The position numbers and the translations under genes were made by a program. Below, piece after piece: positions 10,917 to 19,592 of a DNA stretch of 64,000 bases. Positions within the stretch are counted from its first letter, which is position 1. Every line of letters starts with the position of its first letter. The DNA comes from Candidatus Saccharimonadales bacterium (lineage in GTDB: Bacteria; Patescibacteriota; Saccharimonadia; Saccharimonadales; SZUA-47). The notes below the pieces were generated by a model that was not told the DNA's origin, searched no databases, and saw only the letters and a list, made by a program, of their open reading frames with translations. Location: contig JBBQVE010000008.1 in NCBI GenBank assembly GCA_038211855.1, positions 957 through 64,956 of the forward strand. Reading direction: 5' to 3'.

Positions 10917-10946
10917 AAAAACACCGCCTCCGGAGGCGGTGTTTTA
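10917..10946 (+). terminator. Rho-independent terminator after the pilin gene
   Basis: A-run, then a perfect GC-rich inverted repeat acaccgcctcc/ggaggcggtgt, then TTTT. Confidence 0.75.
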
Positions 10947-10965
10947 CTTGTAACGCGCTATAATC

Positions 10966-11778
10966 ATGCTCATGCATATACTTATCAGTGTTTACTTCTT
11001 CATCATCGGCCTTTGCTTCGGTAGCTTTGCGATGGCCACCGCTTGGCGTCTCAAGAAAAACAAACCTTTTGGTGGCACCCAACGCTCGGTTTGTGAGTAC
11101 TGTAAACATAAACTGGCGGGTAAAGACCTCGTGCCACTTTTTAGTTGGCTCTCTTTACGCGGCACATGTCGTTATTGTCACAAGAAGATCTCTATCGGGT
11201 TGCCGTTAGCAGAACTCGCAGGCGGACTTGTGTTTGCGCTTTCCTATCTGTGCTGGCCGGATGGCTTCGTCGGCTGGCTTCAGATTGCACGTTTTGCCTT
11301 ATGGAGCCTGAGCCTCATTCTCCTGCTTATCCTCTTCTTCTATGACCTTCAGTGGTATATCCTACCGAATAAAGTCATCTATCCGCTCTGGTATTTAAGT
11401 GCGACTGACTTTGCGCTCCGTTTTATGCAGAAGCCAAGTCTGCACACACTCCTATTGGGGCTAGGGGCGGTTGTCGTCGGCTCAGGACTGTTCTGGCTGT
11501 TTTACACGGTGTCTAAAGGTACATGGATAGGCTATGGCGATGTGCGGCTCGGTATCGCCATCGGTTTATTGATTGGTACACCGGTCATGGCAGCGATAGT
11601 CATATTTGCCGCTTCACTTATCGGGGTCGCTGTGGCTTTGCCGGGGCTGTTGAGCCGCAAACGCTCCCTCACGAGCCGACTGCCATTCGGTCCCCTTCTC
11701 ATAATCGGTCTTATTTTGGTCCGGCTTTTCGGACAAAAAGTTATAGATTGGTACACTGTCCATCTTTTGTTGATGTAA
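10966..11778 (+). CDS. pilD: Prepilin peptidase / N-methyltransferase PilD (peptidase A24)
   Basis: 270 aa polytopic protein. Cys-rich CEYCKHKL...CRYCHKKI zinc-ribbon segment after TM1. YGDVRLGIAIG and FGPLLIIG aspartyl-peptidase-type regions. Confidence 0.85.
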   Translation: MLMHILISVYFFIIGLCFGSFAMATAWRLKKNKPFGGTQRSVCEYCKHKLAGKDLVPLFSWLSLRGTCRYCHKKISIGLPLAELAGGLVFALSYLCWPDGFVGWLQIARFALWSLSLILLLILFFYDLQWYILPNKVIYPLWYLSATDFALRFMQKPSLHTLLLGLGAVVVGSGLFWLFYTVSKGTWIGYGDVRLGIAIGLLIGTPVMAAIVIFAASLIGVAVALPGLLSRKRSLTSRLPFGPLLIIGLILVRLFGQKVIDWYTVHLLLM

Positions 11779-11829
11779 CAGGGATAATACTCGTATCCCC
11801 CCGATTAAGCTTATGGTATACTCGAGAGT

Positions 11830-12765
11830 ATGATACAAGAGGGTGGCCCTGCAGGGTATACCATCATAGAGGTTATGGTTTTTTTGGCGATAACTGCTGT
11901 CCTCTTTCTGGCTGCAATCACGGCCATCGGCGGTCATCAGGCGCAGGTTCAGTTTTCGCAGGGAACACGTGATACCCAAAGCAAGATTGAAGAAGTGATC
12001 AATCAGGTTGCCAGCGACTCCTACCCAAATACACAAGACTTCTCGTGTACCGTCGCAAGCCCAAGTAGCCCACTTTCGCCACCGCTAATCAACCCGGGCG
12101 GTGATGTCCAAGGTACAAGCAACAAGTGTATATTCCTAGGAAAGGTGCTGCAGTTTACGACGTCCGGCGGCGCAGCTGGTGCGGTTGATTACAGGTTATT
12201 GAGCGTTGCCGGCCGCCGTACCAACAGTACAGGCCAAGAGGTTACCTCGCTCCAGGAGGCCCTCCCAACTCCCATAGACAGTTTTGGCCAGATTGGGCCG
12301 AATGTGACCGAAAAAAATATCCTTCAATTTGGCATAAAGGTCACGCGTATTATCGCGCCGGCTTTGCCATCGAGCAACGGTGTCTATCCGGCGCTCGCAA
12401 ACAATAATAAGTATTACGACACGATTGCATTCTTTAGCAGCCTTGCTAAATTCGATGCAAATACAGGTAGCTTGGCTTCTGGGGCGCAACATGTGAGTTT
12501 CGGAGTCGTTCCACCGCAGATAGTCGGCGCAATCGGCGTTAACACCGAAAATACTGCAATGAGCAACATCATAAACCTCACTGATCAAATACCGACACCG
12601 GTCGGCAAGAACTTAATAAAGATGAATCCGCCATACGGCATCGTCATATGCCTGGCTGATCAACAAAATAAGGAGAAGGCTATGTTAACTATTGGCGGTA
12701 ATGCGAGCCAGACGTCAGTCGCACTCAGTGGCGATGCAACCTATAGTACGGTGATATGCCCATGA
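11830..12765 (+). CDS. Minor pilin / pseudopilin
   Basis: 311 aa with N-terminal G|YTIIEVMVFLAITAVLFLAA prepilin motif (Glu5). Confidence 0.75.
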   Translation: MIQEGGPAGYTIIEVMVFLAITAVLFLAAITAIGGHQAQVQFSQGTRDTQSKIEEVINQVASDSYPNTQDFSCTVASPSSPLSPPLINPGGDVQGTSNKCIFLGKVLQFTTSGGAAGAVDYRLLSVAGRRTNSTGQEVTSLQEALPTPIDSFGQIGPNVTEKNILQFGIKVTRIIAPALPSSNGVYPALANNNKYYDTIAFFSSLAKFDANTGSLASGAQHVSFGVVPPQIVGAIGVNTENTAMSNIINLTDQIPTPVGKNLIKMNPPYGIVICLADQQNKEKAMLTIGGNASQTSVALSGDATYSTVICP

Positions 12766-13211
12766 AACGCACTCAACGCGGCGATACTCTTGTAGAAGTA
12801 ATGTTGGCAACTGCAGTCATCGGCTTGGTTATCGGCTCTTCATATGCCACGGCAACAAAAGCTTTGCGTACCGGCCGTTTTGCCCAAGAACAGACCGAAG
12901 CACTGAAGATTGCCGAAAGCGAGGTCGAAAAACTCAAATACATTGCCTCACTTGGTACATCGGCCACTGCTTCACAAAATATTTTCCCATCAGCACCAGC
13001 ACCATTCTGTATCGATGATACTTTCCAGGTACAACCGATCACAAACCTGAGTGCATGTGCTGGCCTTAATGGGCTCTACAGCCAACAGATTTCGTATACA
13101 GCTGTATCCATAGGTGCAACCGATACCTTCACGGTAGCAGTCACCTGGACACAGCAGGGCAGTGGTAATCAAGGTAACGTACAAATAGCATATCGGTTGC
13201 ACAGCAAGTAA
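12756..13211 (+). CDS. Minor pilin (PilV-like), atypical +1 residue
   Basis: 151 aa. Motif QRG|DTLVEVMLATAVIGLVIG has Glu5 retained but Asp at +1 instead of Phe/Met. Alternative ATG at 12762. Confidence 0.7.
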   Translation: MPMKRTQRGDTLVEVMLATAVIGLVIGSSYATATKALRTGRFAQEQTEALKIAESEVEKLKYIASLGTSATASQNIFPSAPAPFCIDDTFQVQPITNLSACAGLNGLYSQQISYTAVSIGATDTFTVAVTWTQQGSGNQGNVQIAYRLHSK

Positions 13212-13930
13212 TGAAGCGGTACAGACACTCCAGTAAAGGCTTCACCATCATCGAACTTCTGTTTGCGACTCTCGTGTTTTCAGTGGTGCTCCTGATGTGT
13301 TTGACGGCACTGGTCCAAATCGGCCGGCTCTATTACAAGGGCATTACTACTTCGCAGACGCAGGATGCGACACGGAGCATTCTCGATGAGATTTCGCAGG
13401 CAATCCAATTTACCGGTGACAGCGTTACCACGCCAAGCCTCGTAGCCGGTCCCGATATCCCTGTTACGGGTGGTTCGGCGACGGCAAATGCAATCGGGTT
13501 CTTTTGTATCGGCTCAACACGGTACAGCTACGTGATCGACCGCCAGCAAAGTGATAATCCAAGCACCAACGTTACGCTAGACAGGCAGATTCGACACGTC
13601 CTGTGGGCAGATGTCATGCCAGCCTGTGCCGGTGCGACGGGCATTGTACCAGCCAACCTGACACTCAGTAATCCAAGTCAAGGATCTCTGGGTACGAACG
13701 GCCGCGAGCTCGTCGGCGCAAACATGCGCATCAACCGACTAAAACTGATCAGCCTGTCGCCAGATAACTCCACTTGGCAGGTACAATTAAGCGTCGATTA
13801 CGGCGACGAAGACCTGCTGACTGTCTATCCAGAAGATTTAACACGCAAAGTTTGCAAAGGCTCACAAGTGGGGACGCAGTTCTGTGCGATTAGTGAGCTA
13901 AGCACAATCGTAAAAAGGCGTGTATTATGA
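13211..13930 (+). CDS. Minor pilin (PilW-like)
   Basis: 239 aa with KG|FTIIELLFATLVFSVVLLMCL prepilin motif. 1-nt overlap with the upstream stop (taATG). Confidence 0.75.
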   Translation: MKRYRHSSKGFTIIELLFATLVFSVVLLMCLTALVQIGRLYYKGITTSQTQDATRSILDEISQAIQFTGDSVTTPSLVAGPDIPVTGGSATANAIGFFCIGSTRYSYVIDRQQSDNPSTNVTLDRQIRHVLWADVMPACAGATGIVPANLTLSNPSQGSLGTNGRELVGANMRINRLKLISLSPDNSTWQVQLSVDYGDEDLLTVYPEDLTRKVCKGSQVGTQFCAISELSTIVKRRVL

Positions 13931-15009
13931 GAGGAGTGAATACGGTAAAACGCGGTGAAGAGGGTATGGTAGCCATTATTGTGGCGACGATCGTCATGGT
14001 GGTTATGACGCTGATTACGCTTGGCTTTGCCCGCCTGATGCAACGTGAACAGCGCCAAGCGCTTGATCAGTCACTCAGTACGCAGGCATTTTATGCTGCA
14101 GAATCAGGCGTCAATGACGTGGTGAGCTATATCCAAGACCCAACGCACGCTCCTGTCAGCAAACCAAATTGCGATGTATCAGCGAGCAATGGCACACCGT
14201 TTACGAACGGTACGATTTCTAGCAATTTAAGTGCCTCATACTCCTGCCTTATCATTAATCCGACTCCGTCCACCCTTGTATATTCACCGGGCCGTATTAC
14301 CGCCGACACGTCAACAACAGTACCGATCAAATCGTCGACCGGGGCAACAATCTCTGATGTTAAGCTTGCTTGGGATCCGTATCCAGCCATCTCGACCCCA
14401 ACACTCAATAACAGTATCTGTAGTGTATTACCGGTGAGTTTGCCGGCACTCAGTGCGTGGCCTGTAACCACACCGGGTATGATGCGTGTCGACTTGGTAC
14501 CAGTCGCTGCCGGCAGCTTTACAAGGGATTCACTTGCCAATGGCATGCTGAGTTTGTATCTGTATCCGGCGGGTGCCTGTGGAACGAGTTTGGCGACCCT
14601 TGGTGTCACCTCAACAGGTAGCATTGTTTTTGTAAACTGTACGTCAGGTACGGGCGCGCGTTTGTGCGAAGCCACCATCAAGACCGGTGCGACGCCAGCG
14701 CCAGCGTACTACTTGCGGATGCGGTCACTCTACCATAACTCCAGCGTGACGGTACGCATCTTCAATCTTGCCACCCAGCTCAATCTAGTTGGCGCGCAGA
14801 CAGAGGTAGATTCGACCGGCAAAGTGAATGACGTTATCCGCCGCATCCAGGTACGTGTACCGAACAATAAGAGTTATCCGGCACCGGAATTCGTCCTACA
14901 ATCAATGGACTCAGTTTGTAAGCAGTTAGCGGTGGCACCACCAAGCTCTGTCTTTGGCCTTTCATACGTTGTCGGCGGTACTGACACCCCCGGCAGTTGT
15001 AACTACTAG
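13927..15009 (+). CDS. PilX-like pilus assembly protein (pilin-like, no Glu5)
   Basis: 360 aa. N-terminal hydrophobic helix MVAIIVATIVMVVMTLITLGFARLMQREQRQALDQS...AFYAAESG resembles the PilX N-terminal domain. Last gene of the pilus operon. Confidence 0.6.
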   Translation: MRGVNTVKRGEEGMVAIIVATIVMVVMTLITLGFARLMQREQRQALDQSLSTQAFYAAESGVNDVVSYIQDPTHAPVSKPNCDVSASNGTPFTNGTISSNLSASYSCLIINPTPSTLVYSPGRITADTSTTVPIKSSTGATISDVKLAWDPYPAISTPTLNNSICSVLPVSLPALSAWPVTTPGMMRVDLVPVAAGSFTRDSLANGMLSLYLYPAGACGTSLATLGVTSTGSIVFVNCTSGTGARLCEATIKTGATPAPAYYLRMRSLYHNSSVTVRIFNLATQLNLVGAQTEVDSTGKVNDVIRRIQVRVPNNKSYPAPEFVLQSMDSVCKQLAVAPPSSVFGLSYVVGGTDTPGSCNY

Positions 15010-15924
15010 TTACTGAGTCTTGTCGTGAAACTTCTCGTGGATCGCTTTAAGGTGCGGATCGGTGACGTGGGTGTAAATCTGTGTAGTAGAGATGTTGCTA
15101 TGGCCCAACATGGCCTGCACACTGCGTAAATCGGCGCCGTTCATAAGGAGGTCGGTGGCAAAGCTATGGCGTAGTGTATGGGGTGACACGTGTTTGGTGA
15201 TGCCGCCTAGTAGGGCATAGCGGGCAATCAGCCGCTGGATGCTGCGAGCAGTCAGGCGGTAGAAGTTGCCACTGAGGTTGATCTGTTTGTTGCCGGAGTA
15301 GCGGATAAAGAGCGGACGTGCGTTGTCTTGGCGTTTTTCAAAGTAAGCATTGATCCAATCGGCCGCAACCTCGCTCACAAACACCGGTCGGTCTTTGTCG
15401 CCTTTGCCGCGCACCATAAACTCGCGGCGCTTCAAATTGACGTCTTCCCGGTTAAGATTAACAAGCTCTGAGACGCGCAGACCCGAGCTAAAAAGCAGTT
15501 CAAGAATTGCCCGGTCGCGGAGTCCCTGCAGCGTGTCGGTCTTTGGTTGTGAAAAGAGGGCTGCCAGCTCCTCAGTATTCAAAAACGTGACCTGCTTACG
15601 TGTGGCTTTGGCGAGTTCGATCTTGTCGGCGCTGATGGCCGGAATATCACGCTTGGCACAGAATTTTAAGAAGTTACGTAGTGCAATCAGGTGATAGTTC
15701 TGGGTGTTCTTTTGCAGTTCATCGCTGGTGTTCGTACCTAGTCGGTTCAACCACAGTCGAAATTTTCTGATTAGTTCTGGCGTTATGTCGGCCACTGTTA
15801 TATCACCACCAAAATCAAGTAGACGAGTCAGATAATGGTCGTAGTTTTGGATGGTTTTTTGCGAACGGCCTTGCTCAATCTCGAGATATTCGAGGTAATC
15901 AGTTTTTGCTTTCGCCAGTAACAT
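15010..15924 (-). CDS. xerC: XerC/XerD-family tyrosine recombinase
   Basis: 304 aa. N-terminal SAM-like core-binding domain. C-terminal HTLRHSFATDLL and LGHSNISTTQIYTHV (R-H-R-Y catalytic set). Its stop abuts the stop of the convergent pilX-like gene with no spacer. Confidence 0.85.
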   Translation of the reverse strand: MLLAKAKTDYLEYLEIEQGRSQKTIQNYDHYLTRLLDFGGDITVADITPELIRKFRLWLNRLGTNTSDELQKNTQNYHLIALRNFLKFCAKRDIPAISADKIELAKATRKQVTFLNTEELAALFSQPKTDTLQGLRDRAILELLFSSGLRVSELVNLNREDVNLKRREFMVRGKGDKDRPVFVSEVAADWINAYFEKRQDNARPLFIRYSGNKQINLSGNFYRLTARSIQRLIARYALLGGITKHVSPHTLRHSFATDLLMNGADLRSVQAMLGHSNISTTQIYTHVTDPHLKAIHEKFHDKTQ

Positions 15925-16038
15925 AAGCCTTATTGTACGACATGCAGACAGATTGTATACAAAATTATGTACTCGGCTCGCATCATCGCTCCCTATCTGT
16001 TAAAATAGGGGTAATTAAATAGGATTACACAAAAAATC

Positions 16039-16503
16039 ATGGAACGAACCCTTATCATTGCCAAGCCTGATGCGATCCAGCGCGGTTTGATCGGCGAAAT
16101 CATGTCCCGCTTTGAAAATAAGGGCCTTAAATTGCTCGGTATCAAGATGATGTCACTAGATAGCGCGATTCTCGCAGCTCATTACTCACATCTTACGGAC
16201 AAGCCGTTTTACGCTGGCCTCGAAGAATTCATGAAGAGCTCACCAGTTGTTGTCATGGCCTGGGAAGGCTTTGAGTGCGTCGCATCAGTCCGCACCCTTA
16301 TCGGCGCTACCAACCCTCGTGAAGCCCTCGCAGGCACGGTACGCGGTGATTATTCTATCGGTACCGGACGCAACTTGATTCACGCATCTGACAGTCCTGA
16401 AAACGGCATAGCCGAAATCGCTCGTTTCTTCACCAAAGAAGAACTCTTTCGCTACGACAAGTCAGAGTACATGCACATCTACGAGCCATACGAGCGCGGC
16501 TAG
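16039..16503 (+). CDS. ndk: Nucleoside diphosphate kinase
   Basis: 154 aa. Contains ERTLIIAKPDAIQRGLIGEI and NLIHASDS (active-site His). Confidence 0.95.
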   Translation: MERTLIIAKPDAIQRGLIGEIMSRFENKGLKLLGIKMMSLDSAILAAHYSHLTDKPFYAGLEEFMKSSPVVVMAWEGFECVASVRTLIGATNPREALAGTVRGDYSIGTGRNLIHASDSPENGIAEIARFFTKEELFRYDKSEYMHIYEPYERG

Positions 16504-16506
16504 AAC

Positions 16507-17130
16507 ATGCCTATCTGGCCACGTGTTAGTCGCAGCCAGTCCATGGGTTCTTTTGAGCGTGAGTTTCAGCGCCAAGAACAGAGAAAAGTAGCAAAACAGC
16601 TCTCGCCGTATCAGTATCTCGCACTTCTTTCAGGTGTTGTCGTCGGTGTGCCGATTGCTGGAGGTGTACTTGGTGTTCTGAGTGGACTACTCGTGGAGAA
16701 AATAAGCGATGCGCCGCATGAAGTCGCCGCACCACCCCACTACGACTTGAATATTCGCGGTGTCGCGCACCGATCTGATGGGATCATGGTAGAGTACCAA
16801 GCACTTGTGACAGAAGTATGCACTGATTTAACCGTTAGTGCCGCCACAGTAGTGCTCTCAGGTGAGCTCATTATCGGTGGTGCTGGGATCCAGGAAGGTG
16901 CTCATTTTAAGGATGTAATGGCCGACACGACCGCAACAGACTGCAACAATGCGATCAAAGAGGCTCGGGGTAACCTAAGCTATCAGAGTCCGATTGTACG
17001 AGCGGTTGGGCGTGTCGCAACGGACTACGATGGCGCTGAGTACAGTGTTTCGCAGGTCCTTGGTATTGTTCAAGATATGGGAACCTATGCGAACAGCGTG
17101 GAGCTTGTCATTCCGGATCTGCAATCTTAA
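16507..17130 (+). CDS. Hypothetical membrane-anchored protein
   Basis: 207 aa with one TM (LALLSGVVVGVPIAGGVLGVLSGLLV). No recognised motif. Confidence 0.5.
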   Translation: MPIWPRVSRSQSMGSFEREFQRQEQRKVAKQLSPYQYLALLSGVVVGVPIAGGVLGVLSGLLVEKISDAPHEVAAPPHYDLNIRGVAHRSDGIMVEYQALVTEVCTDLTVSAATVVLSGELIIGGAGIQEGAHFKDVMADTTATDCNNAIKEARGNLSYQSPIVRAVGRVATDYDGAEYSVSQVLGIVQDMGTYANSVELVIPDLQS

Positions 17131-17132
17131 TG

Positions 17133-17208
17133 TGGTGATCCGGGCAAGAGTCGAACCTGCAACCTTTTCCTTAGGACGGAACTGCTCTATCCATTGAGCT
17201 ACCGGACC
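17133..17208 (-). tRNA. tRNA-Arg (anticodon CCT)
   Basis: Hand-folded cloverleaf on the minus strand. Acceptor GGTCCGG/CCGGATC, anticodon loop GTCCTAA, T-loop TTCGACT, encoded CCA. Confidence 0.9.
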
Positions 17209-17273
17209 ACGTAAGCAGTAGTATACCTTCTTTTCTTTCGCCCCTAAACCATAACAGTTATAATAGGTGACAC

Positions 17274-17846
17274 ATGGACACACCGCAGAAATATTTTGCC
17301 GACCAGTACGACGATGAAGAAGTCCTGATGGTGTTCAATAAGCACCCTGTGGTCATGCGCAAAGGGCTGATTTTTGGCATGGTGGGGATCATGCTCGGCA
17401 CCATTCCATCGTTCATCAAGCCGGAGATGTCGGTGTTAGGCCTTGGCCTGCTCGGTGGCTTTGTGCTCGGGGGCTTGGTTTTTGCACCATTTTATGTGAA
17501 CTGGAAGTTCAGTGTCTACATTGTGACCGACCAGCGCCTCATCCAGATTACCCAGAAAGGTCTCTTCAAGCGCAGCGTCGTCGATCTCAATCTGAATCAA
17601 ATCCAGATGGTGAACTATGAAATCAACGGTTTTCAGGAGACGCTGCTTGGATTTGGTACAATTATGATACAAACGTACATGGGCGACTTGGTTGTTCACG
17701 ACGTTCACCACCCGGCTAAGATCCAGAAGAAGATCCTGCTGATACTTCGGGACAGAGGAATCGTTACGACGACCTTTCCAAAGGCAACAGTCCGCACGAA
17801 CGAGGAAATTGAAGAAGAACTAGACGAAGAGGACGATGAAGAATAA
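17274..17846 (+). CDS. Membrane protein with bacterial PH (YdbS/YdbT-like) domain
   Basis: 190 aa. Two TMs, then a bPH-like segment (IVTDQRLIQITQKGLFKRSVVDLNL). Acidic tail. TATAAT at 17259..17264 lies 9 nt before the ATG, so the mRNA is nearly leaderless. Confidence 0.65.
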   Translation: MDTPQKYFADQYDDEEVLMVFNKHPVVMRKGLIFGMVGIMLGTIPSFIKPEMSVLGLGLLGGFVLGGLVFAPFYVNWKFSVYIVTDQRLIQITQKGLFKRSVVDLNLNQIQMVNYEINGFQETLLGFGTIMIQTYMGDLVVHDVHHPAKIQKKILLILRDRGIVTTTFPKATVRTNEEIEEELDEEDDEE

Positions 17847-18903
17847 ATTTAAAAATCTGCGAGAAAAACGCAGTGCCAAAAAGGCCTTCAAAGCAGAGCA
17901 AGCCGACCGTTTGCCGCGCATTACCAATGAAACCGTAGCCTCACACCGTGAAGAGGTGCTTTCTGGCGCCCGAAAATACATCTATCCGCTCCAACACAGC
18001 AAGCATAAGGTGGTCGTCTTTACGACGACGCTGTTCATCATCGCGGTTCTCAGTTTTGCCTCATATTGTGTGATTGCTCTCTATAAGTTGCAGTCGACTT
18101 CGACGTTTGTGTACCGCGTCACGCAGGTCATACCATTGCCAATAGCCCGCGAAGGCACGCATTTTATTTCGTACGAGAACTATTTATTTGAACTGCGTCA
18201 CTACATGCACTATTACGAGACCGAACAAAAACTGAGCTTCTCGACTGACACCGGCAAGCAACAGCTCAACAGCTACAAACAAAGTGCCTTGCAGAAGGTT
18301 GATGATGACGCGCGGATCAAGCAGATTGCCAAAGAAAAGGGCATGAGTGTGTCTGACGGCGAAGTCGATGACCAAATTGCGCTGGCCCGCGAACAAAACC
18401 GCCTTGGTGGCAGCAGTCAGGTTTTCGAAGATGTGATTCGTGAGTATTACGGCTGGAGCTTGGGTGACTTTAAGCGCTCGCTGCGTTCCCAGCTGCTCGA
18501 AGAAAAAGTCAATGCTGCACTTGATACTGGTGCTTTGAGTCGAGCGGCGACCGCCGAAGCCGCCATAAAGTCAGGTACGTCGTTCGGAGATGTTGCCAAG
18601 ACGTACTCAGATGATGCCTCAACGCGGCCAAACGGCGGTGATCTCGGAGTTGTTGATGCGTCTAATACTGCTGCTTCGCCTCAAACAATCGAAGCATTGT
18701 TTAAGCTGAAAGCTGGTGAGGTCTCGCAACCAATCATCGTTAGTTATGACACTGGGTTTGCCTTTGAAATCCTACAGAATATTGACGGTGGTACCAGCAA
18801 AGCCAAAGCTGCCCACATCATCATCCGAATCAAAGACATCCATACGTACTTGAATGACCTCAAAGATAAACACCCAACTCGCCGCTACATCAGCGTCAAA
18901 TAA
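17836..18903 (+). CDS. Membrane-anchored parvulin-type peptidyl-prolyl isomerase (PrsA/SurA-like)
   Basis: 355 aa. N-terminal TM and a C-terminal PpiC-like motif YSDDASTRPNGGDLGVVD. Confidence 0.7.
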   Translation: MKNKFKNLREKRSAKKAFKAEQADRLPRITNETVASHREEVLSGARKYIYPLQHSKHKVVVFTTTLFIIAVLSFASYCVIALYKLQSTSTFVYRVTQVIPLPIAREGTHFISYENYLFELRHYMHYYETEQKLSFSTDTGKQQLNSYKQSALQKVDDDARIKQIAKEKGMSVSDGEVDDQIALAREQNRLGGSSQVFEDVIREYYGWSLGDFKRSLRSQLLEEKVNAALDTGALSRAATAEAAIKSGTSFGDVAKTYSDDASTRPNGGDLGVVDASNTAASPQTIEALFKLKAGEVSQPIIVSYDTGFAFEILQNIDGGTSKAKAAHIIIRIKDIHTYLNDLKDKHPTRRYISVK

Positions 18904-18906
18904 CTT

Positions 18907-19521
18907 TTAGTCTGTAATGTTACTGCCGATAAGCCGTTTTCGTAGGAAAACGAAACGTAGGCACACAATCAGAACGTAAATACTCGCTCCCTCCAAGACG
19001 CCCGCAACGATAATCGTTGGCACGCTACTGAAGGTTATTGGTGACAAGGCAGCAGCAAACACGTGTGTCAGATACGGCGTCATACTGCGGAGCAAAAAGA
19101 AGAGCCACACGATACTGGCAACAATCGCCACAAAGCGGATCAGGCCGCGCGCAATTGCCGTAAAAACCTCGCCACTACGGTCATAGCTGCGCGGTGTCAG
19201 GAAGCCATGCAAGGGCAGGCTGTCTTCGCGGTAGGCCTTGAAGACCGTTGCCACGAACCAAATCGCTAGATACACCAGGATACCGCACATCATCCACAGT
19301 ATGAACGTCAGAATCGTGGCCCAGCGAGGCGTGTCCAAGAACTTGAGGCGCACATCTATGAAATTTTTGGAAGTGGTACTAAAGAAGCTATAGTTGCGGA
19401 CATCATAGTCCCGGGCAGCACTGAGAATCACAATCACCACCAGTAGGCCAGCTCCTATGATACTAAGCGACACCATCTCGTAGACGGTTGGAATGTAGAT
19501 TCGCTGCGTACGCTTTGCCAT
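18907..19521 (-). CDS. Hypothetical polytopic membrane protein
   Basis: The track ORF runs to 19746, but that extension overlaps the divergent gene. Trimmed to ATG 19521 (MAKRTQRIY..., 204 aa, 4-5 TMs). Confidence 0.55.
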   Translation of the reverse strand: MAKRTQRIYIPTVYEMVSLSIIGAGLLVVIVILSAARDYDVRNYSFFSTTSKNFIDVRLKFLDTPRWATILTFILWMMCGILVYLAIWFVATVFKAYREDSLPLHGFLTPRSYDRSGEVFTAIARGLIRFVAIVASIVWLFFLLRSMTPYLTHVFAAALSPITFSSVPTIIVAGVLEGASIYVLIVCLRFVFLRKRLIGSNITD

Positions 19522-19592
19522 CACTAAAAAGTATATAGGAGTTTCGCTTATGCTACTATCTATAGGAGTATATAAACACGTGTTGGTAGGAT

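Noticed and set aside
15010-15924. Tyrosine recombinase as a marker of a mobile element carrying the pilus locus
   Set aside because: Its size, SAM-like N-domain and catalytic motifs fit a housekeeping XerC/XerD. I saw no flanking direct repeats or att-like tRNA fragments, and no GC shift.
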